Assembly: GCA_050084515.1 (NCBI GenBank)
Contig: CM114271.1
Span: 46,562,001-46,626,000, forward strand
Length of the DNA stretch: 64,000 bases
Direction: 5' to 3'
Source of the DNA: Blasia pusilla
Taxonomy: Eukaryota
Numbering within the stretch: the first letter of the stretch is position 1; the number at the start of each line of letters is the position of its first letter. The position numbers were made by a program, and so were the translations under genes. A model generated the notes under the pieces. It saw only the letters and a program-made list of their open reading frames with translations, made no database searches and was not told the DNA's origin. Positions 25,422 to 40,269 of this stretch are shown here, piece by piece.

Positions 25422-27810
25422 ATGGTGCAGAGGCTGGTGCCTGAACCCAACTGGGATCCAACATGCTATTCGTTCAGTTCTTTGGGACAATTCGAAAAGC
25501 AGGTAGTATGTGCTGCGGCTTTCGCCAAAGCCCTCACGAGATGTAGTTTTTGTAACTGCGCGTGCACGTCAGTTTTTAATCTACCCTTACGAATTATTTC
25601 AAACGATTTCCGATCTCTGGAGGATTTCGTTGCCCAGCTAGAGTAGAGTAGTTTGAATTAACAAATTTGGACGCATAAGCTCAGCAGAAGTAGTCAACAG
25701 TCTTGTTCTGTCACGGCGATTGCGTGGGTGAGCTATAGCTCCTCCTTCTATGTAGACGAACTCATCTTGTTTGCTGTCGTAAGTTACTGGCCTCAGCCTG
25801 CGGAACTATGTACTCATTGAATGTCCACACTTGCCATCGCAGCTCAAGCAGATGGCCTCCAGATTTTCTGCAGGAGCTCTGTACAAAAATTTGCGGCCAG
25901 CATGTACGCAAGTACCGCGTCATGATTTGCCTAATGGGAATCACGTGGTGCATCCCTCTTCCGATGAAAATCCAAGTCCCCAATTCTCGTTGAAAAGCTA
26001 CAATATGGACTGCCGGACTCCCGCCTGTCAATACACAGCAGCAACCCAACAGAATAAGGGAGTCTACAAGCGTGCGCCGTTGAAAAGTGTTAGGAACCTT
26101 CAGCGGAATATGTCGGATGCTGCGTTGGGCGAGGATGGATTAATACGTGGTACTGCAGGTCCTGTCGTCAAGACCGTTGACAGTGAGTGGGTTGCACAAT
26201 TTGAACCTGGAGTTTACATCACATTCGTTTCATTCCCCGACGGATTCAACGAACTGAAGAGGATCAAGTTCAGGTCACGGCCTGTCATTCGACTGTGTAA
26301 ACTGTCTTGATAGGTGTCATTCTTCAAATGCTTATCACCACAAATTTGACTGGAGATCTGATGCGTTGAGATGGTTGTGCACATCGATATTTTTTGATCA
26401 TTTGGCGTGGACTTGTATCAATAGAGTGGGTTACGAAACCTGAGCTGCTGGGTGCGATAAGGACAATCTCCCGTGTTTTCATATCAGTCCAGATAGATCT
26501 TCTGAAGTCTCCTGCGTATGATTGTGCAGCCGCAACATCTTTAGCAAACTGGAAGCTGAAAGTTGGTGGACTCAAAACTGCACTTTGGTCCGGGAGTTGT
26601 ATAACGTTCGTCCGCCCTCCTCAACTGCCGACGAAGACGTAAGCGACCTCTTCTTTCCACCCTTCTACCTCTCACAGGGCTCGGCTGCTCATGGCCCTGT
26701 GTCTCGCAAAGTAGCATATTCCATTTTACAAATTGTACTTTTGGATCTTCGAGGAGACTCGGGATTTTATCTTGGAGAGCAACCCACCCAGCCATGTTCC
26801 ATGACTGGAATTTCCCACATCCCTTCTATTTTCGATGCATTTCTGCACACTTCAAATTTGAGGTTCCCACTCGCGTTCCTGCATGTCGTGACTGTTTAGA
26901 AGTCCCCCACCGGTGTTCTTGGCTTCCTGGGTGATCGTGCAGTCCAGGAGACGAAACTGGGACATCCATGACTATATGAAGTAACCCGATATTGGAAAAC
27001 CTGTGAAAAGTGGGTTTGTTAACGCTCTGAATCTTGAGTGACTACGAAGTCATTTGTTCCTAACTTTCAAATTTATGGCTGGCCAAGAAGAGAAATGAGG
27101 GATTTGCTAGGTGGATGTTTGTGAATCAATTCACGTTGGAGGTAACATTTTGACATGTTGAATGAGCAGAGGTTTTCCTCCGGTTATGCTACTCCAGACG
27201 CCCACAGCACAAGAAGTCCTTGCCAATCATTTAATGGCGACTATTCGCTGACCAGGAAGAAGTCTACTGCGGATACGCGGAGCCACGGTTCGAGAAGAAG
27301 TGAGTCTGGAAATAGTGAGTGGGTTGAGCAAGATGAGCCTGGAGTTTATCTTACGATCATATATGTTCCAGGCGTCGGTAAACAGCTCAGACGAGTTCGA
27401 TTCAGGTTCTACTTCGCCTTCTCTTCTTTCTACTTTGATGTCCTTCACCTGCCCCTGCCCAACCTTCGCCTGAGCATATTTGTCAAGATTGGGCTTGATG
27501 ATGCTCCGTCCAATCCTTGGAATAAGAAATGCTTCGGCAGTTTAACTTGGAACAACAGGCAAAGCTAGCGTCTCTTTCGTCCGATCTCACTTTCTGTAAA
27601 GTTAACAGAGTGCTGAGCGAGTGCCTACATGCAGGTGATTGTTCTGGTTGCCCAAATTCTTTGATATTTTTCTGACCCCATCTCTTTTTGTGTGGATGTT
27701 CCAGCCGAGATAAATTTTCGGAGTCAGAAGCAACGGCGTGGTGGGGAGCGAATCGCCAGAGAATTTTCTCACAGTATATTGGTAAAATGTCAGCGTTTCA
27801 GGAGAAATAG
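25422..27810 (+). CDS. BREVIS RADIX (BRX)-like protein, 5 coding exons, ~320 aa
   Basis: Exons 25422-25502, 25843-26273, 26530-26638, 27170-27405 and 27705-27810 join in frame with GT-AG introns. N-terminal QLKQMASRFS motif; two BRX domains EWVAQFEPGVYITF...LKRIKFSRNIFSKLEAESWW and EWVEQDEPGVYLTI...LRRVRFSRDKFSESEATAWW. Exon 1 is less certain. Confidence 0.92.
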
Positions 27811-30800
27811 CGCCCCCACCTGACACCTTGTCCAAACGTCAAAGCAATGCTCTCCGCGCGAAGATGCCTTGTTCACGATATTCCTTTCCAGACACTGATG
27901 TACCATATCTGCTCGAATTCTGTACAATTCTTCATACATTTGAATTACTGAGAGCCACTAGATGGTCACAAGCGACTGGCGAAAACGTTGAAAGTCTCCT
28001 TCGGCTTCAAAGGACGAGGAGAGCAGACGAGAGGAAGCCTTCCAGTGAAAAATTGAGTCTTGACTGCAGTTTCATATCGGTGAGAGTAGGTGGATTTTCG
28101 TCGCTTTCAACCAGTGGATAGGAGATCTTGACTTTCCCAGGAAGGAGTCTCTAAGTTGTCATCGCAGGTTCTCCATGGGCTCCTCTATATAATCATGTTA
28201 AGACAGTAGTGGTCATTCTACGCCGCACATAACACTGCAGCTGGGGAGTTCCCGCCTAGCGAGGAATGCAGAAATCTGACGGAGAAGTCCCGTGGCATGT
28301 GAATGATCCACCTATTGCCTGTAATCCAGCGCTGTACTAGGTCAGTACAGATTTTGGAACCAGAACATGAGATTTCCAGCATTCCACAAGGAGCCGAGAC
28401 TTCTCAGAGCATATCGGCCCTACCCCCGCCTTGAAATGATGGAGTGAGGATATGGAGGTTTGTAACTTCGTCGCAGTGGATATAACTTCACCAGAGATGT
28501 GTTTTCTAGTAAGGAAAACAGAGACTTCTAATAGCCTTAAGAATTCAATCAGCTAATTAGTTTTGACGCTGCCTTTACAAAGGTCGGCCAGAATTACACA
28601 ACAATTCGTCCCGTCACTGTCTGCCTGCGATCTGGCAAATTCTGGTTATTCGAACAGATCGATGCTTAGCTGATAATGCAGCCAGAAAGTATCCAACCCT
28701 GGGAATGATTCATGAGCGTCTTGCTCATAGTTTGCCAGTGAGGTTGCCTTCGATTCCTCTTAATCTTCACTCGTATAGTTGAGCTATGGTCGTCATTTAG
28801 TGACTCCTTGTGCACGGAGATGCTGTAGGAGCACGATATCACAACTCCTCAGCTATCGGGTTGCGGGACAGCAAAACTATCTACAAATCAGCCCATGAGT
28901 TTGAGAAAATCTCGGGGAAATTCATCGTCTCAAGAAGCTGTGGAGGGAATATATCAGGATCGATCATCTCAGCTCGGTCAGGCAGAGAGTACATAATTCC
29001 CTTGGAACGTAAGATCCCCGTTAGTCTTGTGGATGCATCATTCCAGATTTCAGGCACAATGAACATTGAGCACTAGTAATTCAATTGCACGGGCAGTACT
29101 AGTGGAATGGCTGAGGAAAATTAAACTTGGGAAAAAATATGAAATTCCAACTACTGGAAAAGATCTTTGGGGGAAGTGTCATGATAGTAAATTTCGTTTG
29201 CTGGAAACCGCGACATGAAAAAAGTATAATTGAATGTTTCTATCTGACTATTCTCGACCATAGAAAAATAAAACTTGAAAAACAATTCTGGTTTGGATGT
29301 GACCATAAGTTCAACAAATAGAACCCCACCAATTGAGACTTATTTGAGAACGTGGGGAAACCCAAAACATGTGAAGATGGAAATAATAACATGATAACAA
29401 TAACCATTCAATCCATGTAAGCATACTTGACAGAAACCTCACCTTGTTTGGTCCCTCCTAGTGAAACATGTGGATAGAGTGGCTTCCTATGATACTAGTT
29501 ATTTTTGCGATGGTAAAATTAGTATCTTCTTTGTTCCATACCATGGAGGACCATTCGGCGGATCTAATGTCTCTCGCGACATTTGTAGAAGAGAAAGGTG
29601 CAATTTTTTCCCTCCTATTTTACCTCAAAATTTTGAATGCTCCGAGTTGCAACATTTTGGGGTCCATTTCAAGTCCAATTTTTACCCCAAAATTTTGAAT
29701 GGACTTGAATTTTGGACTTGGGAGTCCATTTCAAATCCAAAATTTTCTTACTAAAAAAATGGAGATTCTTTAAGAGTTAATTTTGTTAGTGTGTAGACTT
29801 GCAAGGAACTTACACAAGTATCACTTGGACTTGAAATCTTACTTTTTCACTTCTTCTTCGGTGCTTTAGAGGAATGTGGCTTTTGCTTTGCCCGACTTGA
29901 AGGCATTTCAATACTCCTTGTTTTTTACAAGAGTAAACCTTTGAAGGGTCTAAGATAAAGTACAATGGAGCTGCAGCCTTACATGAATGACATAGCATGG
30001 GACTCCAAATCATATGTCTATGGGATCGCACTTTACCCAGCTCTGAAAGGACTTGCCAAATATGATGAATGTGCATCACTTCAAACTTTTGTCCCTCTAA
30101 ATATGGATGTTTGATAGAAAAGAATTGCTCCATCTAGGAGAGAAATATCAATGGCTCATCGTTCAAATTGTCATCTTGTTGGTACGATCAAGTATCCAAT
30201 CTAAAGACATCACACTCGTCTTGCTCAGTAGTGGATTGGACATGCCCATGCCCTAATAGAAGTAGCACATATCATCAACATTGTAGGACAAGACCTTGAA
30301 ATGTATCGAAGTCCAACTACAAATTCTCCTCCATAAGGCCAAAAATATGGTAGCGCCCTCCCAACCACGCTTGTATCATGTTGAGATACTTGAGGTACAA
30401 CAAACATCTCTATCTTATGTTTGCATATAATGCTCGTCCAAAGTTCTAATTAAAAAATGATGACCACCCTCACATATCTAGGTTTAAGGCAAAGATTGAA
30501 TGAGGACAAAAACTATGGCCACGGATATGTCCAAGCCCGCGAACTTTAGTATGTCTATTAGACCCACTTTTTCGTGCAGGAATATTTCTTGCACAATTTT
30601 CATTTCCCATCGTTCTTGCTCTGCTCATTAAGCACCCTCTCCCTCATCCACACCCAACACCTCTCTTGCCCTCGCCCCGCACCCTATTTTAATACCATGA
30701 AAGTGGGATGTGAATCATATTATTATAGAATCTATGTCTCAATTTTATGGAGTAATAAATGGTTTTTCTCATAATTTAGTGGACCTATGGATATATTACC

Positions 30801-32670
30801 CCTTATACGATCTTCTATTTATGCATACCTTTCTTCTTATATTGCATATATGAGCATATCTATTTCAAATACCAAGCAATAGGTCTCCAAGACCCAACCT
30901 AGCCTTGTGACATCTCATCATTTTTAACTACTCCTGTCTCTCTTGTTACTCGCCCTTGACTCGGAACTTGGATCAAGGGTCTTGCATCTTTCGTACCTTA
31001 CCCTTATTCCAACGAGCGGTTACACCCCTTTACTCCTAAGGTTAGTCTCAATATAAAAGCCCACCTTCACTAGTGTTAATCTCACGACATGTTTTATTAT
31101 CCTTTCTAATCTTACAATTACCTAGTCTAGGTTTCAACTTTGGTGGGTCACACTAAGATCTTTCCGCTTTTGACAAAAATCATGACTTACTTACAAAGCC
31201 CGTGGTGTGGGCATCTTAGATTTAACTTTTCACGACAGGTAAGGATTCTTCATGCTTAATATGGGTACAAAGTAGTGTCTTTCTTGAAAGGGTATCCTAC
31301 AAGAAAGGCCCCCATCTCACTATTGGAACATTATGAAGGAATCCTACCATTCAAGGTTAAATATAATTTTACTATTGAAGTTGTGTTCACTTTGCATCAA
31401 ACCAGGACATGGAAAACCCACATGGTCTAAACAATAAAATTATGTAAGGATTTATCTAAGATATCGACAATGTTATTACAAAACACTTTCCAATCAAGGT
31501 GCGAGTAGAGGCACCATGAATAAAAGAGAATGGAATAACCCATGGTGAATTAATAACTTCCCGGCCCAAAAGCCACAATCAATCATGATGAAATGAAAAT
31601 TGTGAAACCCCCTTTGAATCTACCCCGACAACACAAATAGTATCGATTAGAACAACAAAAACTTGACCACCTAAAGACCAAGATCAATTGGATTCGAAGG
31701 AATCTTAACACGAGAGCAGAGGAATTTTGAACTTGACCTTCGACCATTGGCTCTAGATAATGATAAACTTATGTGCCCATTGCTTATTTAGCCCTAGCCT
31801 CGCATGGAATGATGATGAACCATGGATTAAAAGAATTCAGCTCAATGACTCTGATCAATGTCTCATGCAAACACTGGAGATGCACCAAAGTCTTAAAGGT
31901 CAAAGTCTAATCTAGAAAAAAAAGAAAGTTTGCGTCAAAAAATAGCCAAGAAACCTCTATTACAAACCTACCTGTAATTCGCCATGCCCAAGACAACAAT
32001 TTGTGAAAAGCAATGTGGTATATTCTACTAAAATTTTCCACATGAAATCAATCAAAATCTGATCACAGTGATCCACTGAAACTGGTTCAGGTAGCCTTAA
32101 TCATCTCTTGCATAATTTTCATTGATGTAGTGCATAATGTTCAGTGTCTTTGATCTCTTTTTTTTTCACTGTTGATACCTCGAGACTTCCGGAAGTTCTA
32201 TCAAATCGCTCAGAATAGGTTCCAAAGTAGAATGTAGGGCTGAGTGTGCGCCAATGAACTGTACGACCCTTGAGCATGAACTGTACAAATCTTGAGAATT
32301 TTTGCATCTATTCTATGCTATCTCTCAATTACAGAAAATGATGACGATTGTACTCAAGGATCGGATTGAGCTGATACTTTCTTGCAAATGATACTACTTA
32401 CCGTCTAAATTGACTATAATTTGGACACTGCTAAGATATTCATGTATGCATGGGCTAAAATGGAAACGGCTCAGCTCCAAGAGCTGTTGGAGCTTACGTC
32501 CATGTCCTAATCTCCAAAACATAGTCTGACCTTTAATGGTACAAGGCCACAAACTGCCGCCGAACCTGTGGCTGACTGACTACTATCTGCCCTACCATTT
32601 CCATGTTCACGATGTCTTCATTCGGACGGTTTAGTGATCCAGTTGTCACAATCATCCAACATGCTGACTC

Positions 32671-35600
32671 TCATCGCAAAGGCTTCTTCCTGGCAATGTC
32701 AGACTCTGCTTTCAGTGCTGCTTCAATTCGATCCGAAAATATTTTCCACTCATCATTGCATCTCTCACGAACCTGAAAACAAATAATGGTTAGTTCAACC
32801 TGTGAGGGTAAATCAGCACATTGAAGGTGAAGTTCCACTTAGCCAGTCATGTAAAGGTATCTAAGTTGGTAAGCTTCAAAGATGAAGGAGAAACTTCAAG
32901 CTCGCATAGTAGAAAATCTTACCCCTTGCCAAGGCTGTTTACCACTTGCTGCCTCCCCCTGCATTGGGGACGAGGGTGATCATCAGGACATCATATCCAC
33001 TTGGGTGGGAGATTGATCAAAACGAGCAGAATCACAAGTAAGGACTTTTTCTAACCAGCAGAGAATCTATCCTAGAACACTCTTCAAGAATCTCTGACAC
33101 AGCTTTGCAAGAGTTTGAAGGTGGAGAAAACTTCCACAACTTGCCTGTTCTCCCAGTGATGGTACTACCTCGTGTTTGATCCACTGTGCATCAACAACAC
33201 CAATCTTTTCATGCGCTGGCTGCAAGCCCATATACCCAGTGCAATTAGAGACTGTTGATCAAGGGTAGACTAGTATGGGCTCATGACAAACAGTTTCAAG
33301 CCATTCAACCTTGTTCTTGTTGGAAGCAAAGGCATGAACGAGACTCTGACAGACCATGATTGAAAAGTTCCATCTTTTTATAGACAAGATATCTGAAATA
33401 GGAATCCACTATCAGCATGAAGAGGTATGTGAACTAGGTCCTCACCTCTGCACACTGTCGCATTGCTAAGTCTAGGCCCCACCCATGCACCAGATCATTC
33501 TGCATGTCCAACCATTTGCAATTTTTATATCATGGTTGATTTAGAGAAAACTGCGCTGTCCACTTTTGCCTTAACATGGGGATTCAAGACACTTCGCATT
33601 CCAGGATAAGCTTAACAAGTGCAATCTCTGAACTAAAATCCACCTGCAACATATGCCAAACACAGCGCCATGCTTTCCGAGAAAATACTGGTGCCATGAT
33701 TTCCACAAACCTACACATCCGATATTCAATTCAGCAACTTGCAACTGAGAGCATCCAAACGTTCCAAATCATGGCAAGAGCGGTAAAAGATCAGTAATCT
33801 CAAAAGCTCTTTAGCCTTCATGAGAGCAACAATAGCCTTGATGTGTGAGTGACTCCTTAATTTTTTTATAAAGTAAAAAAATAAAGGAGTGACATTTGAC
33901 TACTTGCAATGGCCGTCATTCAGAGCAGAGTTCCTTACCCAGCACATGGTGGTAAGTGGGGATCAGAGCACCAACCAGGCCGCTCCTCTGATGTCCTGGT
34001 GACAAGAACAGTGGACAGACATCTTAGATGGTGACCGTTGTGATGCACTGCTTCTCCTTGAGTCAAACTTGCCTTGTTCATGGGGTGGTCTAAAAGCTAA
34101 TGAGGAACGTTCTAAAAAATTGCTACACTCGAACACTTACTTGTGTACCTCCACATCACCCCTATGCTTCGTCATCTGCCATGTGGGATAATTTGAAGGA
34201 TCCAGTGATGGTTGAGAGATCTCAGACCATATTTCTTCACCAGTTCAATGTATCTGATGTAAACACCAAAAACTCTTGCATTAGCAACATAAAGTCAAAG
34301 TAGGAACACAATCCCCAAGACACTGCACAGCGCCAGTCATCAAAGCCAACGATGTAGAGTTTTAACCTGTAGATCTGTTCCTATGTATTATTTCCATTAT
34401 GTTTTAAAAAATAGTGACTGTCAGGGAACTGCAGACGTAACCAACTTGATCTATGACTTTAGTACCAAGACGATCTATTTAGTTCCCTTTCTCTCAGTAA
34501 AATCGTTGTCAATTCTCATCTTTGGATCTCCCATGGGGCTTCCAGCACCTCTGGCCTTACAGTGTGAGTGAAATGCATAGTCAGTAGGTAACCTGCTGGT
34601 TCATCTCTTACTGCATCTAATGCCCCAACATCAAATAATAGACAATGAGAAACGTATCTGTACAAGACTTTGCAGGGTGAGTGGTTTCTAAAGCCAGCAC
34701 TTGAGGAGCCTGTTCCCAAAAGCATTCAATCCTCCACCTGTAAGCTAACCTTTTCAGTGTGAAATGACAGAAGCATTCGACTATTGAAGATAAGTGACAC
34801 AGAAAATCTTCTCCAATAGAAGGTCCTTTGGACAAGGGCTCTGGGCCAGTGGTCGGTGCTGAAGCTAATACAATTCTCAAAATTTTCTTTGCGAATTGGG
34901 AGTGCAAGTCATGAATCGTGATTGATGAGAAAATCTGCCTACTGCGGGAAATTCTGAGCTCGTTGAGAGGGTCAGACCCAATTAAATCACCAAATGCAAG
35001 GAAAGATCCCAGGTATGGACATTCCAGACGTCCAATTAAGCAGATTCAACTGGAAAAGTAAGATTTTGCTCACAGAAAGAGGGATCAGTAAGAGGTGGAC
35101 TGCAACTTACTTCTCTCCATCAAAATGGTCAACACCGAGATCCTCATCCCAGATAAAGATGTAATCGTAAGGAGCTACAACATCAGGGTGCAGAAACCTC
35201 TTGGCATACCACCTGGTTCTTGCACAAGAACACGAATTTCCGTAATTATATTGTGAGTTGTAGGAGCAGCTCTCCACCAACGAAGAGGCATAACACACTC
35301 AAAGGAAGGCGTACTGCACTCATTCTAATTCGTTAGACCAAGGCATGAACAACTCAGAAGATACTACGGCGTCTCCCCTCCCCTCCCCTCAGAAACCGAC
35401 TTGCGATGACCGATTCCCATTAATACATACTGAATAAACTCAGAAACTCTTTCACATGCACAGTCGATTGTCCTCACCACTTGGCCTGTTTCCTGACACT
35501 GATGTGAATAGCACTTTTGGCCCACTCAAATTCATCCCAATCATTGGTGTTCCCATCGTAGTGAAAGAGAAGAATGGTCGAGTCTTTCGGAAACTGCACA

Positions 35601-37001
35601 CACCCAATCGACAGATCTTGATTGAGATCGCTCTACACTTAAATTTTCTTTTTTTTTCAATCCGAGTTTGCAGAGTCAGCAGAAAGACCGTGACACAGTT
35701 GGGCAAGTACCACCCCTCGCGTGCACAAATCTCACATTAAATGAACAGGAATACTAGCTTTGCTTCTAGAGTGCTCTGGGACGCTGACCTTAGCAACAGC
35801 CTTGTTCACATAATCTTTCTGCTTGATGCCGACTGTGAAAGTAACCAAGTACTTTGGGGGTGATTCTGGCAAGTCCTGCAAGAACCAGTGCTTAAAATTA
35901 TCACGATGATTTCTGCTATCCATTTCGTCAACTGACCCGAGATAGGACTCTTCAGGAACCTTTATATACACGGCACTTCAGCCATTCGTTCGTTCCTTCG
36001 TTCGTTTCCTCGATCTCCGAAAAGCATGATTCTCCGCGATGCTGCATAGCTGTCTTGGCGATCTCCCTAGCAATGATCGAGAGATTGGCAGCAGCACTCT
36101 TCACTTAAACCCACTATCTCGATTTGCTGAAAGATTCGATCGTCGGCAAGTTATGTTCCTGAGAACAAGCGTAAGGTTCTCAAGAACATAAGTTGAGTTC
36201 TACGATACTCGAGTTCGAAATGTCCTGGAGCACCCGGAAACTCCATCGACAGTTTTCTGACCCACACCATAGCCGTGTGCTGCCCATGGAAGAACCAGCA
36301 CATGGTCACTTAATCTTATTCCTGTCATTATTATTATCACTACTATACAGTTCGCGACGCCAACAACCGATCCAATGAGTGTCGCTGCGGATTCGAGCTC
36401 AGGAGAGGGAAAAGAAGCGAGAAATGGAAACAATTCCGTACACATGTGGCTCGCAAAAAGTAGGTAGATCGATCGTACCTCATCAGGATTTCCCCACAAT
36501 CTGCGCTGATACAAATCCGTTTCCGAAACGATGATACCTAGAGGAAGCCCCGCTGTGCCCCGAGGTCGGCGAGAAGCTGCAGAATCAGGAAGATCTCGCG
36601 CGAAGTCCTCTTCGAAAATGGAGAAGCGCTTGGCGAATCTATTCGTCAATTCAAACTGCAATCCGCTGATGCAAACAATTAAAAAAAAGCCAGAACAACA
36701 ATCCGAGTCGACTATTAGGGACTACTAGACCGCACAGCTTCCAACTCACAGTTGAGGACCTGGTCACATCCATGGCTGACACGATTCTGTGACTCAATGG
36801 GAGTTTGGTACCGCACAGTAAGAGCTCAGAAATAGCAGATGATGGCAGAGGCGCAGATGGCAGGTTAGATTCATGTACCCCGGTGAAGAAGACGCCGAGA
36901 GAGAATCCTAACACCACACCACAGAAGATGATCACCGTCAACCTGAAGACCTCTCCTCGTTTCTTCGATGTCCCATTTCGATGAAACTCGTGATCAGCCA
37001 T
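32671..37001 (-). CDS. DUF707 family protein (lysine ketoglutarate reductase trans-splicing related-like), ~12 exons, N-terminal TM anchor
   Basis: Exons encode GLPLGIIVSETDLYQRRLWGNPDE, KYLVTFTVGIKQK, LFHYDGNTNDWDEFEW, KWWYAKRFLHPDVVAPYDYIFIWDEDLG, PPCAGFVEIMAPVFSRKAWRCVWH, NDLVHGWGLD, KIGVVDAQW and VRERC. TGA stop at 32671. One apparent 1-nt frameshift at ~34223. Confidence 0.93.
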
Positions 37002-38160
37002 TCAATACAACTCCCTGATCTGCTGGCCCTACGTGGACCTCAGCTACTGTATTAGGTGCCTGCAGCATGAATGAATCCATACGCGCTTTGTACAGGTTGT
37101 GGTTGGGAATGAGGAGGTCTCTTTTCCCCACATGAGACTAGCCACAATGATCGTCTAGGGTACCAATAAATCTGCTAACACAACTGCAGCGTTACGTTAC
37201 AATCCGAAGACTTTGTCTTCCACCAGAGCGGACTCGGACGCGATCTTTGCTGCCCAGAATCTCCAGGTGCGTTCCATCATGAGCAGTTCAGCCTACCTCG
37301 GTCAAGCGGATCCTTCAATTGAGGAATTGCGAATCTGCTGCGGTCGCCGCCGCCGCTGCTGCTGCTTATTCTTTGTCCGTTTTGGGGATTCCTTACGGAC
37401 AGTCGAAGCTAGCATGTTTCATTCCGCGCGAGTAGGTTGGTTTCTGAGCCTCTGACGAGATGGAGATCTCCATTAAGGTGACGATGACTTTCCTACTAAC
37501 TAAACACTCGTTGAAAGCTCCCGAGTTTCGCGGACTCGCCCGACACAACTTCAGACAACGTGCGCTCAAATCTCTACGTGCTCACCTGTGATTACTGCTG
37601 GATCTCTCTCTCTCCCCCCCCCCTTCTCTCTTGTGGCTCCCGAGCCCATCGGATCTTCCCGGATATTACAAAAAATCCCGGTTCTGGGACTCAGTCATCT
37701 CCCTGTCCTCTCTTTTTCTTCTGATTGAAACTCTCTCTTAGAAATCTTTCTTTCTTCCTTTCTTTCTTTCTTTCCTTCGATCGAGTCCTTTCTTTGAAAT
37801 TCTGTCTTACGCGAGGGAGGCGCAGCAGCGCGGTGCGAAATCGCAGCCGACGCATGCAGTGCAGGATATGGCTACACAGTAGCGAGCGACGTCATGGGCG
37901 ATGACTGCCAACTGCCAGGACTTTAAGGACCGAACAAAAGAGTGGGAAACACACGCATCACGCTACGGACGGACGGCTATGGCGACGCTGAGCGATGCGT
38001 CGCCATAGCAGAGCACGAGGTGACAACTGCAGTGACAGCCAATACGAACTGAACAGCACCGCCTTCCAATCATGACCCCGATTCTCTCGCGCGCTGCCAC
38101 AGATTCCCGACATCGAACGCTCGCCCTTCTTTCCTCTCCCTTCCTCGCGCTTCGCGGCGC

Positions 38161-38267
38161 CACTTTAGCTTAATTAACTACGACGTACTTAGTGGGTATG
38201 GAGGGATGGCACTTCGTGGCACCACTTCAGCTTGATTAACTACTACGTACTTAGTGGGTATGGAGGG
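38161..38267. repeat. Short direct duplication (~45 bp) upstream of the DUF707 gene
   Basis: cactt.agctt.attaactac.acgtacttagtgggtatggaggga occurs twice, at 38161 and 38223. Confidence 0.8.
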
Positions 38268-40269
38268 ACCATCATGAGATTATATGCGCCTCTTTCTGTC
38301 AATAAGTATCGCGGGAATAAAGGTGGATGGAAGAATTTATGGTTTCCGTTTATGTTAATGGAAACCATATCATTTTGCAAATATCTTTTCGTTACTTTTG
38401 ATATTTTGGGTCTATAGGATTCACGTCTTTTCACCAATGAATTTATTTTATATTAATTTAAAAAGATGTTCCAATATAATTAGAATTAATTATGCGAGGT
38501 AATTTAAGTTTGTACATCGTGAGAATTTGCAAAAGTAAATTAAAATGTGAATATATCTTGGGAAGCGTAGTGAAGTCTTTTACCATAATTTTCTTTTATT
38601 AATAGAGTTAAGTAAAAGCGAGGCGAAGGATATGTGATGTTGAGGTAAAATTAGAATTAAACATAAATTCAAGTATTTGATAGATTCATGAAAGTTAATA
38701 TTGTGAGGTATTTATATCATTGAGTAATTGGAATTGGCTTAGATGTGGATTGAAGTAAATTTTGATTATAAGTACAAATTACAAGTGTTTTATGCAATCA
38801 TGTTGTATAATACAATGACTAAAAAGTATGAAGGGATAAGAAAATTTTGAGTTTGATAGAAAAAAAAAACAATGTGTGTGATATATTAGAGATAGAGGGG
38901 ATATGGCTAATCTCAAATTTAATGTCCATTGATGTAAGGCAACACATCGGGGCTGCTCGAATGATTATCAAGAATCAAAATAACCTTAATAGAAAACTAC
39001 AAAGCAAAAAAAATCATTAAAAGAATATTTTTTTGCATATACAATATTCTAAAAATGCAAGGAAATATACAACATACATATTGTAAGTAGTGAACTAAGT
39101 AGAATGCATTTAAATTGAAAGCTTACATCGGCGGTCTTGTAGGTGCAGAGTAGTGTAAGCTTGTTATGGTGTGGAAAATAAGCACAACAAACAATTCGTT
39201 GTAAAATTTGTGTTAAGACCATTTAGCATGTACTAGAGGTATTAAGTTAAGAGGCCTTACTATTACAATCACAACATGGACCCAATTACAAGTAATGGAA
39301 GGTTGAGCTTAGGATCCTTCTCCATCAAAGGAGTAACATTTTTTCAAAATCAGAAAACTGATCTCTAGTTGCCTTAAGTTGATGTTGTGGAGCTTCCAAC
39401 CTAAATCTCCACATATTGTGTCTAGCCTATCTTAAAGAATTTATTTCTCAACCGGTAGATTAGATTATCTCTCTTCTACATTGTTGAGTGGAGCAAAGAT
39501 GTTATGATAAGCATTTAGTGTCATTGTAGGTACCCAGTAAAGATGGTCCTCCAAGATGGCCAACTTCCAAGTCAATGTTGACAATTACACCCTGGTCCTG
39601 GTTATCTATGTGAAGTTGAGCCATGGTATCTTGCGCGATGTAAAGGTCGAAGTCTTCTAACCTGATTCCCCCAAGTATTGAGCAACAAATAGAGGTAGCA
39701 TTAGAGAAATTGTGAATACTATATCATTCTAGAATGTAACATCGAAAATGCCGATGGAATGAGGAGATCACATAACGTGATATATAGCATAAAGCATTCT
39801 AGAGGTTGATAGATAATAATGTATGAATTGAACTGTAGTGCAATGAAGACAAATAAGAACTTCGAATTCTAAATTTTGGCTCCCTACAATTCAGTATGAA
39901 ACAAACTGAATATGGGAGCATACTATAGCGAAGGTAATGATTAATATACATATTTACATCTTATCAAACAAACATATCATGAATTAGAGTGATAATGTAC
40001 AAATTTAAACATGTATGATAGAACAGATATAAGGTAATATCTGAATGTATCAAAAGAGAAATGGAAAATTTCGAAATAAAAATGCTTGGTTTGCCATGGA
40101 TGTATAAGTAGCCAAAAATGCGCCTATAATAGAATAGCATAAGTTCTTAATAATATATATATATATATATATATATAAATTATGGTGTGCTCAAAATAGT
40201 TGGCAATAAAATAAACACTATTGTCCAAAACAAACTTGAAGTAGAAATGCAATATCTCATTAACATTGA

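Noticed and set aside
40153-40177. (AT)n tract
   Set aside because: Ordinary microsatellite.
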